This document shows positions 26,500 through 39,405 of a DNA stretch of 64,000 bases, piece by piece (position 1 is the stretch's first letter; each line of letters begins with the position of its first letter). Origin of the DNA: Thalia democratica (Eukaryota); assembly GCA_965202585.1 (NCBI GenBank), contig OZ241826.1, positions 37,262,001 through 37,326,000 of the forward strand, given 5' to 3'. The notes beneath the pieces are model-generated. The model ran no database searches. It was not told where the DNA came from and saw only the letters and a list, made by a program, of their open reading frames with translations. The translations under genes and the position numbers were made by a program.

Positions 26500-27720
26500 T
26501 TTTCTTAATTATTATTTCAAAGTGAGCTTAGAAAAGTGAAAATCTTTCAAGAAACGCTTTTTTTAAATAAAATTCTTATAAATTTGTTCGTAAAAAATAA
26601 ACTTGTCTCATTTCTATTTTGATTGAGGCTGTACAAGTTAATCTAACTTAAGTATAGCTAAACTTCTAAAGCATTATAAACATTTTAAGAATAAAAAAGA
26701 AACAAAATGCTGATTTATCGTACATTATAAGAGTTTTTTTTTGACAAAACTTGTTTAAGTTTTACTTTACGTGTTTTCTTAAAATGCAAACGAAAAATGA
26801 TATATTTGCTAATAACATCATTAAAACAAATTTGATATATTATTAAAATATTTTTTTTTTAATATTTTTGACTATTCTTCGAAACCATTGTTGTGATTTT
26901 CCATTTTATTTACCGAATATAAAACTTATTTTAAGTATAATATGAAACTTTTTTGTCTCATACAAATAATTGCCTCAAAGAACATGTATTGGAAAAACGG
27001 TGAATGTAATATTTTATGTACTAAAATTGTATATACATTACTATCTGATTAAGTTATTTGTACTTAAAGCTCACCACTAAAGGAGTTTATGATTTACAAA
27101 CTGTACTTATAAAATTATCTATGTTAAGACTGGATCAAGTATATATAATTAGTACAAACCCTAAGTAGTAATATTAAAATCTGTAATAACACTGTAGAAC
27201 TACACTTTGAAACAAGCAAGGTCTTGCCGAAATAAATTGCATTGTTAATTTTAAATAAAGTCATAAACTAATTCTTAATTTTATTCTTAATTAAAAGTTT
27301 TTTTTTTTCAAACCATGAAAAACAAATAAAAATTTAGATTTTAATCTCTCTAAATGGATAAAAAAATACAGATATTTAAGGTGGTTTAAAAATAGAAAAA
27401 AATATGTTTTTGTTATTATTTGTAGTGCAAATTTATATGCATTGTTTGTATGAAGCTAAATGGTTTAGTTTATAATTGACAAAATAGTTTCATATGAACT
27501 AAAAATTAATACTAAGTTCAATTATCACGTCATAACCACATGACTTCCGCTTATGTGTAGAACTAAGTAAAACCTAAGGTCTATCTGTTTTCATTTAGTA
27601 GTTGTGTAAGTTATATATTATATACGTTAGAAATATAAAAATTTAAAAGGAATCGCTTTAGTTAATTTTGCGAAAGTATCAAAACTTATAATTATGCTAA
27701 CTTAAGTTTTATAAATTTTA
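26500..27720 (+). repeat. Family A copy
   Basis: Cores at ~26942 and ~27523. Confidence 0.8.
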
Positions 27721-29369
27721 TAAACACAGTTTGCTAAAGGTAGACTCCTTTAGTGGTAATTTTTAAGCACAAATATTTTGAAAAGATAGTAATGTTTTTA
27801 ATTTTTGCTACATAATAACTTTATTCATATTTTTGCACTATCAGAGCAAGCATTTATTTGTATGAAACAATCCAGCTTCATTTCAAATTTCTAAATAGTT
27901 TTCTTTAAGTTAAATATACTGAATTTCACGAAAATTTGTCGGTTTTGAAGAACTGTTGAAAACATCAGAAAATTTATTTAAGTAGTATACCAAATTATTT
28001 TTTTTGTTGTTATTAACTAATATGGCATTTTCATTTCCCTTATTTATTAAACACATTGAATATAAATAAAAGTTTCGGAAAAAAAAAGTTTTTTTTTATA
28101 ACACATTATAAAAAATTTAGACTCTAAAGCCTATTTGAAAAAGCGTTTTGTTCCTTGTTTTACCATGCAATTATTTTAAATATATCTAGACTAGTTTTAA
28201 ATATTAGCTACACTGAAGTAGAAATTATTTGCAATATCATTTTATATGAATTTATTGTTTCAAGAATTTATTTTACAAAATAAGTTTCGGTCAAAGTCTT
28301 TGACCGACACTGAGTTGGTAAAAATATGAATATAGTTATAAATTCATTATTTCTTACCCAGTAGTTGAGATCTCTTTATCTATTTTCTTAAAACCAAAAC
28401 ATACAATAATATTTTATATAGTTGTTTTATTAAAATTTCAATGAGAAAAATTTATCTAAGTAAAAAAGTTTGGTAGATTTTGATTTCAAATAGAGTTTTT
28501 TAAACGAATTTTTATTATTTTAAGTTTATATGAGTAATAAAGAAATAATTTTTATTAAAAAAAAGCTTTACAGGTTACTTCGAGCTAATCAAAACCAAAT
28601 ATTATATAGTAATTGTAAGTCTTATATATAATTATTTTTTAGTCCTCCCTTAAGTTGTAATAGTTTAAGACTTTATAATTAAAATCTATGTGTTTAAAAA
28701 TGAATAAAACAATATGTAACATGAGTAAAATTTATTTATATAAAAAATTAGCTATTTATCAAAACTAGTCGAAAAAAAAATTATCTTAAATGTTAAATTA
28801 TATCACATTAAAGAATTTATAATTTTAGTAAATAAAAATAAAAATCGATATAATGTTAAAATATTTTAAAATAAATTGAAAATTAAAGGCTAAAAATTAT
28901 GTTTTATAATTTTTTTTTTTGAGATACAAATAATTTATTATAGATACAGATTAACTAATGTTATTAAAATAAAGCAACTTGTGTACTAAAGAGTACGAAA
29001 AAAAGTAAAAAAAAAAATAAAATTAATAAATACGATATAGTAAGCATATACTCTTTCAGTGGTTTGTTTTGAATAAAGGTAATCTCAACTTACAACAACT
29101 GTACATTTGTTAGCAAAAGAATGTATTTCATTTTAACGCATATAAACTCTTTAATACGCTTATTTTTATGAAACAATAAGTTTCATTTTATATTGGTTAA
29201 GTTTGTACATTTCAGTGAAATATATTGATCGTTAATATAGTTATAAAAAACCTACTTATTAACATTATCATGCAAATAATATTAAATTTTTCATCGTAAA
29301 AAAATTAATAATGTTTAAAATTTATAAAAATAACATATTGTATTCACCACTTTTGCATTTATGCTAATG

Positions 29370-31224
29370 CAGTAATTATTTGTATGAAACAAACAAGCTT
29401 AATTTGATTTTTAATTAGTTTTTTTCGGTAAGTTATAAGGAAATTCACCAAAATGAGTTGGTTTTAAATAACAGTCAAAATTTCTAAAAAATAACTAATA
29501 ATTACGCTTACAGCTTTGTTTTATTGAGAAACGTTAGCCACAATTTTTACAAACTATACTCACAAGCTAAGCTAATACATAAAACATAGCAATTTCATTA
29601 ATTACAATTAAGTTTACTAAAGTTGTGTTAGCTTTAAACTTCTAACTTAATTAATCATTGAAAACTATTTTATGTTTACTTAAATTTAAAAAAATAAACC
29701 ACAACTTGTTTTTATGAGTTTACTTGAAAGCAAAAATCCTATTTAATAATTAATGTTAAAATATTTTTTTTTTATTACTAAATGGTTTTTAAGTATCCAA
29801 TTTTACAAATATTTCTAACTATAAGCAGTAACTATAAACAAATACACTGTTGTTTTTAGAATATAAAATTATTAAAAAAAATTAAAAAAACATTGAAACG
29901 TTTACTGTTTGAAATTTTTAATGTTCTAAAATTTTTAAAACCAATCAAACTTTTTGTCTTTAGTTCAATGTGTTTTATATTTTGTTTGTTTTTTAGAATA
30001 ATCAATGTGTGATTAATGGAAAAGTGAGTAACCTTAAAAGTATTATTTGTATAAATAAGTTCTACTACAGCAAACTATCTGAACTAATATCTAAAATTTC
30101 TACCAAGTACTAAAGTAAGTTTATAGTTATAAAATTTATACTGTTTTTGATGTTTATAAACTAAAGGGCATTAATTGATTTATACAAAATCAAAATTAAG
30201 GCTATATATTTTCATTTGTTCATTAACAAAAGAGCAAATATGTTTTAAGATATAAAACTTTTAAAAATAATATTTAAGATTTAAACATTCAGTTAAACAG
30301 ACAAGTATAACTTAAGGTTTAATTACTTATACACATTAACGGAAGTCATGTGGTTATGACAAGATAATTTGACTCAGTATTACTAGTTTAGTTCATCTGA
30401 ACTTATTTGTTATAACTAAACTGAATAGCTTCATAACAAAAGTATATTAAAATTTTCACTACGATTAAATTGAACATCTTCTTGCTGTTCATTAAAATTA
30501 TTAAATAATTGCTTATCAAAAAATAAACTTCAGAAATTGAAAACATTTTATTTTTCAAGTTATGTAAAAAATTTTAATGTTATTTAGAATAAACTTAGAT
30601 TTTAGTTTTATAATTTTTAGTTTTAATTCTTATTTTATATTATATATTAATTTAATTTTCAATTAGTTTTTAATTATATTTTAAATTAAGTTTTTAATTA
30701 GCTAATAAATGAAACTAAGCAGTTTTATTTATTACGATTGAGTTTACTAAAGTAGTTTTGGTTTTAAATATTAAACTTAAATAAATAGTGAACTTAAACT
30801 TATTTTTACTTATAATTTAGAATATTGAACCCAAAATTTGTTTTTATAAGTTCACTCGAAAGCAAAAATTCTATTTAGTAATTAATGTCAAAATACTTTT
30901 TTTTAATTACTTAAATACTTTTTAAGTTTCCAATTTCACTAGAAATTGCTCATTATGAACAATAATTATAAATACACACGTTTGTCTTTAGAATATAAAA
31001 TTATTTCAAAATATTTAGAAAAAATTGAAACTTTTACCGTTTAAGAGTTTTAATGTTCTTAAATGTTTAAAACTAATCAAATCTGTTCTCTCTCTAAATA
31101 TATTTCTTATTTTTATTTGTTTTCTTACAATAATCATTGTATGATTAATCAAATCTGAGTAACCGTTAAATAAAAATAATTGATTGTGTAAGTAAATTTT
31201 ACTATAGCAAACTATCTAAACTTA
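29370..31224 (-). repeat. Family A copies in reverse orientation
   Basis: GTATGAAACAAACAAGCTTAAT at ~29382; CGGAAGTCATGTGGTTATGAC at ~30340; two similar blocks at 29560-30100 and 30690-31220. Confidence 0.7.
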
Positions 31225-31232
31225 CTTCTAAC

Positions 31233-33728
31233 CAGGGACGTAGCTAGCTCAAAAAAGTTACGAATCTGCAAAAATTAAAACATCTAAAATAACTCGTGAT
31301 AACGTCCTAGCGGGAACTCAGCAATTTAAACTACCTCTAATGTTATTTAATTTAATCTGAAAAAATGCAGTTATGTTAATACATCAAAAATGGAATGTTG
31401 AGGTACGAGTGATAACTGTATACAAGGCTATTTAATTTACTCCACACCCCCTATGACTTTTTATGTCTTGCCACTTGTGCAAACCAAGAAAACAGTCATT
31501 AAACGGTAGGAATTTTTATAGGTAGTTTTAAATATTGGGTACTTTCAATTGCAGCAAATTTGCAAAAAAAAAGTACCAAATATTTTGATGACGTCATTAA
31601 CTTTACTTTGGGTAGTTTTGAAGCTTAAAATTGTAAAAAAAAAAACAAATTTTCAGTCTAAACCTACGACAAATTCACTTTTTTAATTTTCTAAAATATG
31701 AAAAAAATCATATCTGAAATAAAACAATAGAATAATACTAAACATTTTCCTATGTTAACAAAAATATAAAAATAGTTTTTGTGAACATAAAGTTACAATT
31801 TTAAATTCGATCACAAATTAAAAAAAAAGAATTTTCAAATTTTTCTTTTATAGTTTATTGATGAATTAAATTCATAAAAATTTTTGAACTAATTATACAT
31901 GAGTTAAAATTAAAAGCTACCTTTTTGTAGTTTGAAATAAAGTTAACAGGAAGGCCATCAAACCTAAATGCTTATGGGAATCTTGGAATGCTATATAAAA
32001 TCCTAGAATGACTTGAAATTCTGATCACTTATTTTGTCTAGAAAAGTAAATAAGACTTGAATTAAAAAAATATATTAAATTTTGAAACATTGAAAGAAGT
32101 TTCAAAAAAACTTTACGAGCCACCTTGGGTACAGGGAGGGTGTAGATCACTTTTATTACAAGTTGATGTCACTTTATGAAATTTAATCTAAACTACAAGT
32201 ATCTTTATACAGATTTTTTATACAAAAACAAATTTTTGATATAAAACATTAAAATAGGGGAGTACAGTAGGTTTTAATTGTCATCTTTTACTATTTTTAA
32301 AATATTGAAAGGAATACTTCCTTAAAATTTGAGCAGGGTTGCCTAAAAACCTGGAATCCAGGAACTTGACAGTTTAAACAAAAACTGGAAAAACCTTGAA
32401 CTTTTGAAATTAAAAAAATTGAAAAAATCTAGTATTTAAAAAAAATCATTAAAAATTCTTTAATTTTTAAACTACTTCTACATGTAAAATAATGAAATTT
32501 TAATAAAACATGATACGTTGTTCAAATAAAAGCGGTTCTAGTTATACGAATAAAAGTGAAACAAGTTGTATGGATTAAAGTTAAGCCAGTTACTCAAATG
32601 AAGGCTGAACCAGTTGTTCAAATAATGTGAAGCCCGTCGTTCGAATGAAAGTGAAAAAAGTTTTGGAGTGAAACCATTTGTTCGGGTTAAGTTGAAGTAG
32701 GATATTGTTGTTCTCTTTTCGGAAGCACCGGAACTATAAATTCTATGTTATAATTTTTAAACTTTAATTAGTTAAACTCGGTTTTTTTTTTCATTTTTTA
32801 TGTACAATTTTGGTTTATTTTTGTCTTTTTGTTGTATGTCTTTCTGTATAAGTGGCCTAGGTTTTGATGCCTGGGTCCTTCGTATGACAATAAACTTACA
32901 ATAATAATAAATTAAAGTCATAAATAATCTATAAAACAAAAATTTTCAAAGTCAATAGCTTATTTTGTGGTTGAATTTAAAATTGTAACTTTCGCAAAAA
33001 ATATCTAGGTTGAAAATTATATTTCCTTAGTTTTGTTAACATAGTGAAATGTTTAGTATTATTTCATTTCAGATACAATTATTTTTATATTTAGAAAAAT
33101 AAACAAAGTGAATTTATCATAGGCCTATACAGCAAATTTATTTTTTTTACAAAGTTTAACCTTAATGACTACCCAAAGTAAAGTTAATGACATCATCAAA
33201 ATATTGGGTACTTTTTTTTTGCAAAATTGAGGCAATTAAAAGTATCCAATACTTAAAACTACCCATAAAAAGTTAAAAAAAATTTTACCTTTCATTAAAC
33301 ATAAGTATAAGAAATCACCATTTAACTCAAAAACACTTATACTGTTTTAAAAATCAAACATTTAACGTAGTCAATAGTAACAACAAGTTATGCAAATTTT
33401 TGTAACATAAAGTTGTATGATTTTGATTTTTGAAGCTACAGCTTCCTTTACAATCAATTTTGCATTGCAGCTTTTTGACAAAATAAAGCTTTAACGCCCT
33501 AAATGTTACGATTTGGATGTATTTAATTTGTTCAATTTTTTTACGACACTAAAAATGCTAAAGAGTACAAATATGTCAAAATTATCTCTCAGGAGTGCAA
33601 AATTAAGCATAAATGAATACTAAAAGCTAAGACAGCAGAGTCTTTTTAAGCTGAAATAAAAGCAAGTTTTTTCGCACATAAGTATATGTTTCTGTAGATT
33701 TGCAGAAACCTACCAAGCTACGTTCCTG
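31233..33728. mobile_element. Non-autonomous hAT element
   Basis: TIRs CAGGGACGTAGCT / CAGGAACGTAGCT; exact 8-bp TSD CTTCTAAC (31225-31232, 33729-33736). The flanks rejoin into a copy of the dispersed repeat family. Confidence 0.9.
31513..33270. repeat. Internal long inverted repeat (~370 bp arms), probable nested foldback/MITE
   Basis: 31513-~31880 is the reverse complement of ~32940-33270 (GGTAGTTTTAA...TTGATGACGTCATTAACTTTACTTTGGGTAG). No TSD resolved. Confidence 0.75.
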
Positions 33729-35589
33729 CTTCTAACTATTTTCCTAAGTACTAAAGTGAGTTAATAGTTACAAAATTTATATTAATCGTGATGTTTATAA
33801 ACTAAAGGGCATTAAGTTGTTTACACAAAATCAAAAAGAGGACTTTATATTTTATATTTATTAAAAAGGGAAATTATGTTTTAAAACATAATAATTACAA
33901 AGATAATACTATAAATTGTAACATCCAATTAAACAAACACATATAACTTAAGGTTTAATTCCTATAGGAAATATTTTATAATAAACAATGACAGCAGTTT
34001 TTTGATTTATATTTTAAATTTTAATCAATATTTTTGATTGAAAAAGGCAAAAACTACAGTTTTTGTATCGTAAAGTGCCGTGTGCAAGCCATGTGAGAAT
34101 GTAAGCTAGCTACGATAAACATACAGCTAATAATACAGCTTTGAACATGCCGAGGCACCTGTAGCTTCCAAAATTCCAAGACACTGCAACTTTTAAAATG
34201 GTAAGCAAATTGCAAATGTGAGAGTAACGACGTATTAAAATGAACAAGCATATCGATAAATAGGTTATTATACCTCAATTACCTTTCAGAGCGGACGTAG
34301 CCCCCTTCAACGGGGCGACTTATCCTTCGTGGAAACAGTTGCAGCTTTTCACGTGGGACTTCGACGCCGTAGAGGTTAAATATAAAACGTAATAAAACAG
34401 CTGTTACCCAACTTGAGTACCATGGATTTTTAAAGCTAAATATATTTTTTTAAATGAAATTTTTATCGATCCCATTAAATTTCTACGATTTTATGCATGA
34501 TTATGAACTACAAAACATTTAAATTTTGTTAAATTATACATTTGATTAAAAGATTTATGAAATATTAATATATTAGTTTAAGCACCTAAATTTTAGTTAA
34601 TTTTTTCAACATGCTTAGGATACAAAAAACATTTAAGTTCAATTATCTCGGAAATAATTATCTCTAATGTTTACATATTCTTTTAAGGTTTGCTTTTCAA
34701 TCTTTGAAGTTCTGATATAAAAGTAATAAAGTTTATGGTTTTCAAACTTGTACTTACGAAGATATAATAACACGTGCGCTATTTATTAAAAATTTTCTAG
34801 CAGCAAACTACTGTTTTTGTTTTAATTAGTATATCAATTCCTCTAGCTTAAAATAAGTTTTTTCAATATTATATTTTAGCTAAAACTTTATTGCATTTAA
34901 AAGTATTGACATTTTTGACCTTTGGTTTAAATTTACTTTCGTTAAACTATTTTTTTTACTTAAATATAATAATTCAAACATTTATAGTTCTTTAAAAAAT
35001 AATAAAATACATACAGTTTGTAAATACTTTATGTATGAACTTGATTTTATATAAAGCAATTTATAAAAGGTGTTTGTCGACCATTTATTCTCACTAAGAT
35101 AACTTCTCATAAATTCATTTGAACAGCTTTTTAGAAAGTTTTTTCGTACTTAAAAGACTGAAAATAAAAGTCTTAAATGTAAACTAAACTAGTTATTATT
35201 ACTGATTTTCGTATTATAAATAATAAAGCATTTTTTTTGTATTTTTATTTTTAACTAAACAAATAATTTATGTTTATATTAGCCTTTTTTATAGTTTTTA
35301 TCACAGCGTTTTAAACAACTAATCTTTTATATATTATTCGTTCAGCATATAGTTTTATAAACATAAATTACTTAAACAGACGGCCCTTTTCCTTTTATTT
35401 TAAAATTATTTTGTGAGTTATAACAAAACAGTGATTTTCATGATAATCATCTTTATTGTGACTGTAGCAAACTTGCTACTTGTGTGGCAATAGGTGTCTG
35501 TCATATTATTAAGTAGTCCTTTAAAATAAGGTGATTTATCAAAATAAATATTGAAAAATGAGTTTTTTTGAGAAATTAATTACTATTAT

Positions 35590-35990
35590 AGTTACAAAAT
35601 AAGGTGAAAAGGTGTTGGAAGTATTTTATAACTTACTAACTAACTCACAACTAAATTAGTGAAAATTAACTTTATTTTTTTTGTAAAAAAATAAATTAAG
35701 TTAACGAAATGTTCAACACTTAGCAAATCCCGAAAAAAATATGTAATATTTTTGTTGCAAAACAATTTGTGAACATTTAAAAAGTTATTTATAGTTAATT
35801 GAGAAAAATCAGCACTTTAATTGAAGCGTGTCAAAGTATTAAGTTACAATGTTTATTTTAACATGACTACTGGTTAATTAATAGTTACAAAATGTTAAAA
35901 AGGTGTTGGAAAGTGTTTTATTACTTACTAATTAACTCACAACCATATTAGTGAAATTAAAATTTATTTATTTTTTTAACAAAAATCTAG
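35590..35990 (+). repeat. Local direct duplication (~100-bp core, ~290-bp spacing)
   Basis: AAAAGGTGTTGGAAG...TTACTTACTAA.TAACTCACAAC...TTAGTGAAA at ~35610 and ~35900. Confidence 0.65.
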
Positions 35991-38900
35991 TTTATTAATT
36001 TACATTCGTAAAATATAATAGTGAAATAATAAGGTAAATATACACTATAAAAAGAAAAATTTTTATATGGTTTTTATATGCGTTAAGCAATATACTTATA
36101 AGACTGGTTAATTCACAAGGCAACAAGGTGCTGACAAGTTTTATTTTCTACTTAGACCGTCTTTAAACTAAAAATAATTATGTTTTATAATTGGCAAATC
36201 TCTTTTCACAGCTGTTGTACCGATAAAAATTCATTTGTCAATTTACTGAAAATGAAAAAGAGTAACAGTGTTTAGCAATTTTTTTTAGTTTCTCCCTACA
36301 TAATTTTTAACTATTTGTAAAAAAAATATACATTCTATTAAAATTTTAGTATTTAGAAGATATGTATTCAAATTTGTTTAAGAATATTAATCATTATTTA
36401 CATATTTAATTTGTGATAATTTATTTAAAGATAATCTCTGTATACTGTTTACAACAAATCAAAACAACTAAGATATAATATGATTTTAAAAACATAAATT
36501 AGAAATGAGGAAACAGAACAAAGTTTCAATTAAAATAAATAAAATCATCACCAGTAGTTAATACAATGTTTAAGCTATTTTTTTAAGAAATTGTTGCAAT
36601 TTAGTATGTTTTAATTAAAGTTCTTAAAAACTTTAAAAAATCTTCAAGTTACTGTCAGCTTTAATTTGTTCAGTAAAAATTTAAAATCTTTTACTTGTGG
36701 ATAGACATAAACAGCTTAAACTTTTTTGTATTAATCATAGAAAAAGACAAATAGGCTGACCACCAGCGAAGGAGAAAGGACCCGCGAAATCGTCAGAATT
36801 TGTAACGTCACAATGTGTGGTCTTGGTTAAAAATAATTTAGATATTTATAAACTTACAACTACCACCTGCAGTAGCTAAAAATATTTGTTGATTTTTATG
36901 TTTTTTTTTGCCAAAGAGGCGTCATTAAGTCGCGGAATGTGTGAAAAATTGCTCATGTCAAAGTTGACAAGTTTATGAAAAATTAAGATGATTTGATCAT
37001 GTTTTTATTTGATTCTGTACTAATTGTGTGGTCGGTAAACTAAGTTGAAGAATCTTATGTTGCCTAAAAAATATTTTTTGATAAGTAAGTTACTAACTTA
37101 AAATTGTATAGTATTGTATCGCAAACATTTTTCAAAGTTAGTTTCGACAAAACCAATAAGGTGTGGTTAAACCTATAAACAATAGTTTAAGCAAAAAGTA
37201 TGTGGTAAGAATTGACGAAAAATTGCTACCACTTCATGTTGTGAAAAATTACTCTGACCGCTAACAGTCGCAATTCTGTCTTTTTATTATTTTCTCTCTT
37301 TTTATAGGTATAGTTTTAAAAATTCACCAAACATTAATTTACATATTTTAGTTGAATCTAAAAAAGATAGCTGTATAAAAATTTAGTTCGATTATATAAG
37401 TAAATCATTAAGTTTCTAGTTTTTATTTTAGTTATGTTAAGAAAAAGATTGTGTTATACAGCAAAATGTGTTCACGAATTAAGGAAACTATTCAAGTTTT
37501 AGTAAAAACTTGTATACTATATTATAAAATCTTAGAAAGTGCTTTTTAGTTTAACACTATTCAAGTTTTTAATTTTTAAATAGTACAAAATATATTTCCT
37601 GATCACCAGCTAAAGAAATTAAGAATAAAAGTTAGCAATTAGCTTATTCTACGTGATGATACTTGTGTAGTCTAATATTATTAAAGTTTCGTTAATTTAA
37701 TTGATTATTCCGCTTGTGATAGTATGAACTGATCTTAATTTTAATCATTTTACTAAAAATGCGTCATAGATTGGCGGAATTTGTTTAAAATTGCTCACGG
37801 CAGAGATAAGAAGTTTATGAAAAATATTCTTAACTTTTACCTGATTTGTTTTTTTTTGCTACTTGTCAGGTCGACTAACTTAATAAAATACTTGTATAAC
37901 TTTCTGTCTGTAAGTGTTTTTGATAAGCAGGTAGCTATGTATCATCTTAATTTGCGTTGCAAAAAAGTTAAAAGGAGAGTTTGCAAGATATCGTATGACA
38001 CATAAACATCAAATCAAGCGAATCAAAAGTGACAAAACTTCAATCAGCAACCAATTGATGTTGTAAACATTCAATGTGTCCACTAAAATGCACTGTTTTA
38101 TGTATTCCTTTTTTATCATAATTTAAAAGTAAAATTATCCGCACTTAACACTTTATAATTAACTTTTTAATCATTAGTTTTAGTTGATTATTTGAATGTA
38201 GTGTAGCTGTAAAAACCATAATTTGGTGGAAAAATATGTTTTTTTTTTCTAAGTTCCTTTTTCAAAGTTAAGATATAAGTTAATGTGTTAAATAAATTAA
38301 GTGTACAAATAAAATAAGTAAAAAGTATTTTAATGTTTATTATTGAGTTTGTTGTTTTATTATTTTAATAAATTTTTTTAATGAATACTAAATTATTTTT
38401 GTTTATTTGTTATTGACCTGAAATCTGAAATACTTAAATAGATATTATTTGAAAAATAAAAGCAGATAAAAAAGTATAAATTAAAGAGATTTACAGTTTA
38501 TCAATTACTTATATAAAAATAAAGAATTATAATAAAAATGTTTTTAAATCAAATTTTAGATTTTATATAAATTTAAAATAAAAATTACTCAATGTAGAAG
38601 TTAATACAAAGGAAATGTTAAAATAAAATAGAACCTTGAGATTTAAAACTTTTTAATTTACACTTGATATAAGTTTTTGTTTTTCTAAAATTATTTGAAG
38701 TTTAAGAAAATTAAAGTTAATTTTTTTGTATGAGTCCATCTTTAATAAATAATAAACCGTAAATATAACTATGTTTTAATTTGTTGGTCAACCATGTTGA
38801 CATTTATAATATTGAAGTATCAGTGAATTATTTGAATATTAACAAAGTTTTACATACTATAAACTTTATAGATTTATTATATTTTTATATTAATTCAAAA

Positions 38901-39145
38901 ACCAAATACAATTTTATTTATATTTACCAGTTTTAGTTTTAATATAAAGCTTAATTTTGTTGACATTTAGTTTTTATTTTGATTCTATTCATAAAATGCT
39001 AAAAGTTTAAGCTAAAAATAATATATCTAAAATTTATTTACATAAATTTAGTTTTCTTAGACCCTGTTTTGACCTAATCACAACTGTTTAAAAACTACAT
39101 ATTACAACACATAATAGAAATTTTAAATAACAGCTTTTAACAAAA

Positions 39146-39405
39146 ATGGTACCTCATCCATCTAATATCGATATAAAGGAGTTGAACCAACAACTACCAG
39201 AAAGTAATGAAATCCGTGTTTCTGATATTGCAAATCCAAACTTTTACGAACAACCTGACACGTCCGAATTAAATTCTGACCATAATAATCAGGCCCAGTG
39301 GACATCCTTAGCTAAAACATCAAATTACCACCAAAACTTTTCAAACCAAACAATAGCTGAGAACGAGGTTTCCGATTTTAGCTTGAACAAAGATTTCAAT
39401 AACAG
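39146..39405 (+). CDS. Meis: Meis-like exon 1
   Basis: ATG 39146, GT donor 39406, phase 2. Confidence 0.7.

Noticed and set aside
34297-34330. Helitron 3' terminus at the GC hairpin
   Set aside because: No CTRR|T junction at the expected distance on either strand.
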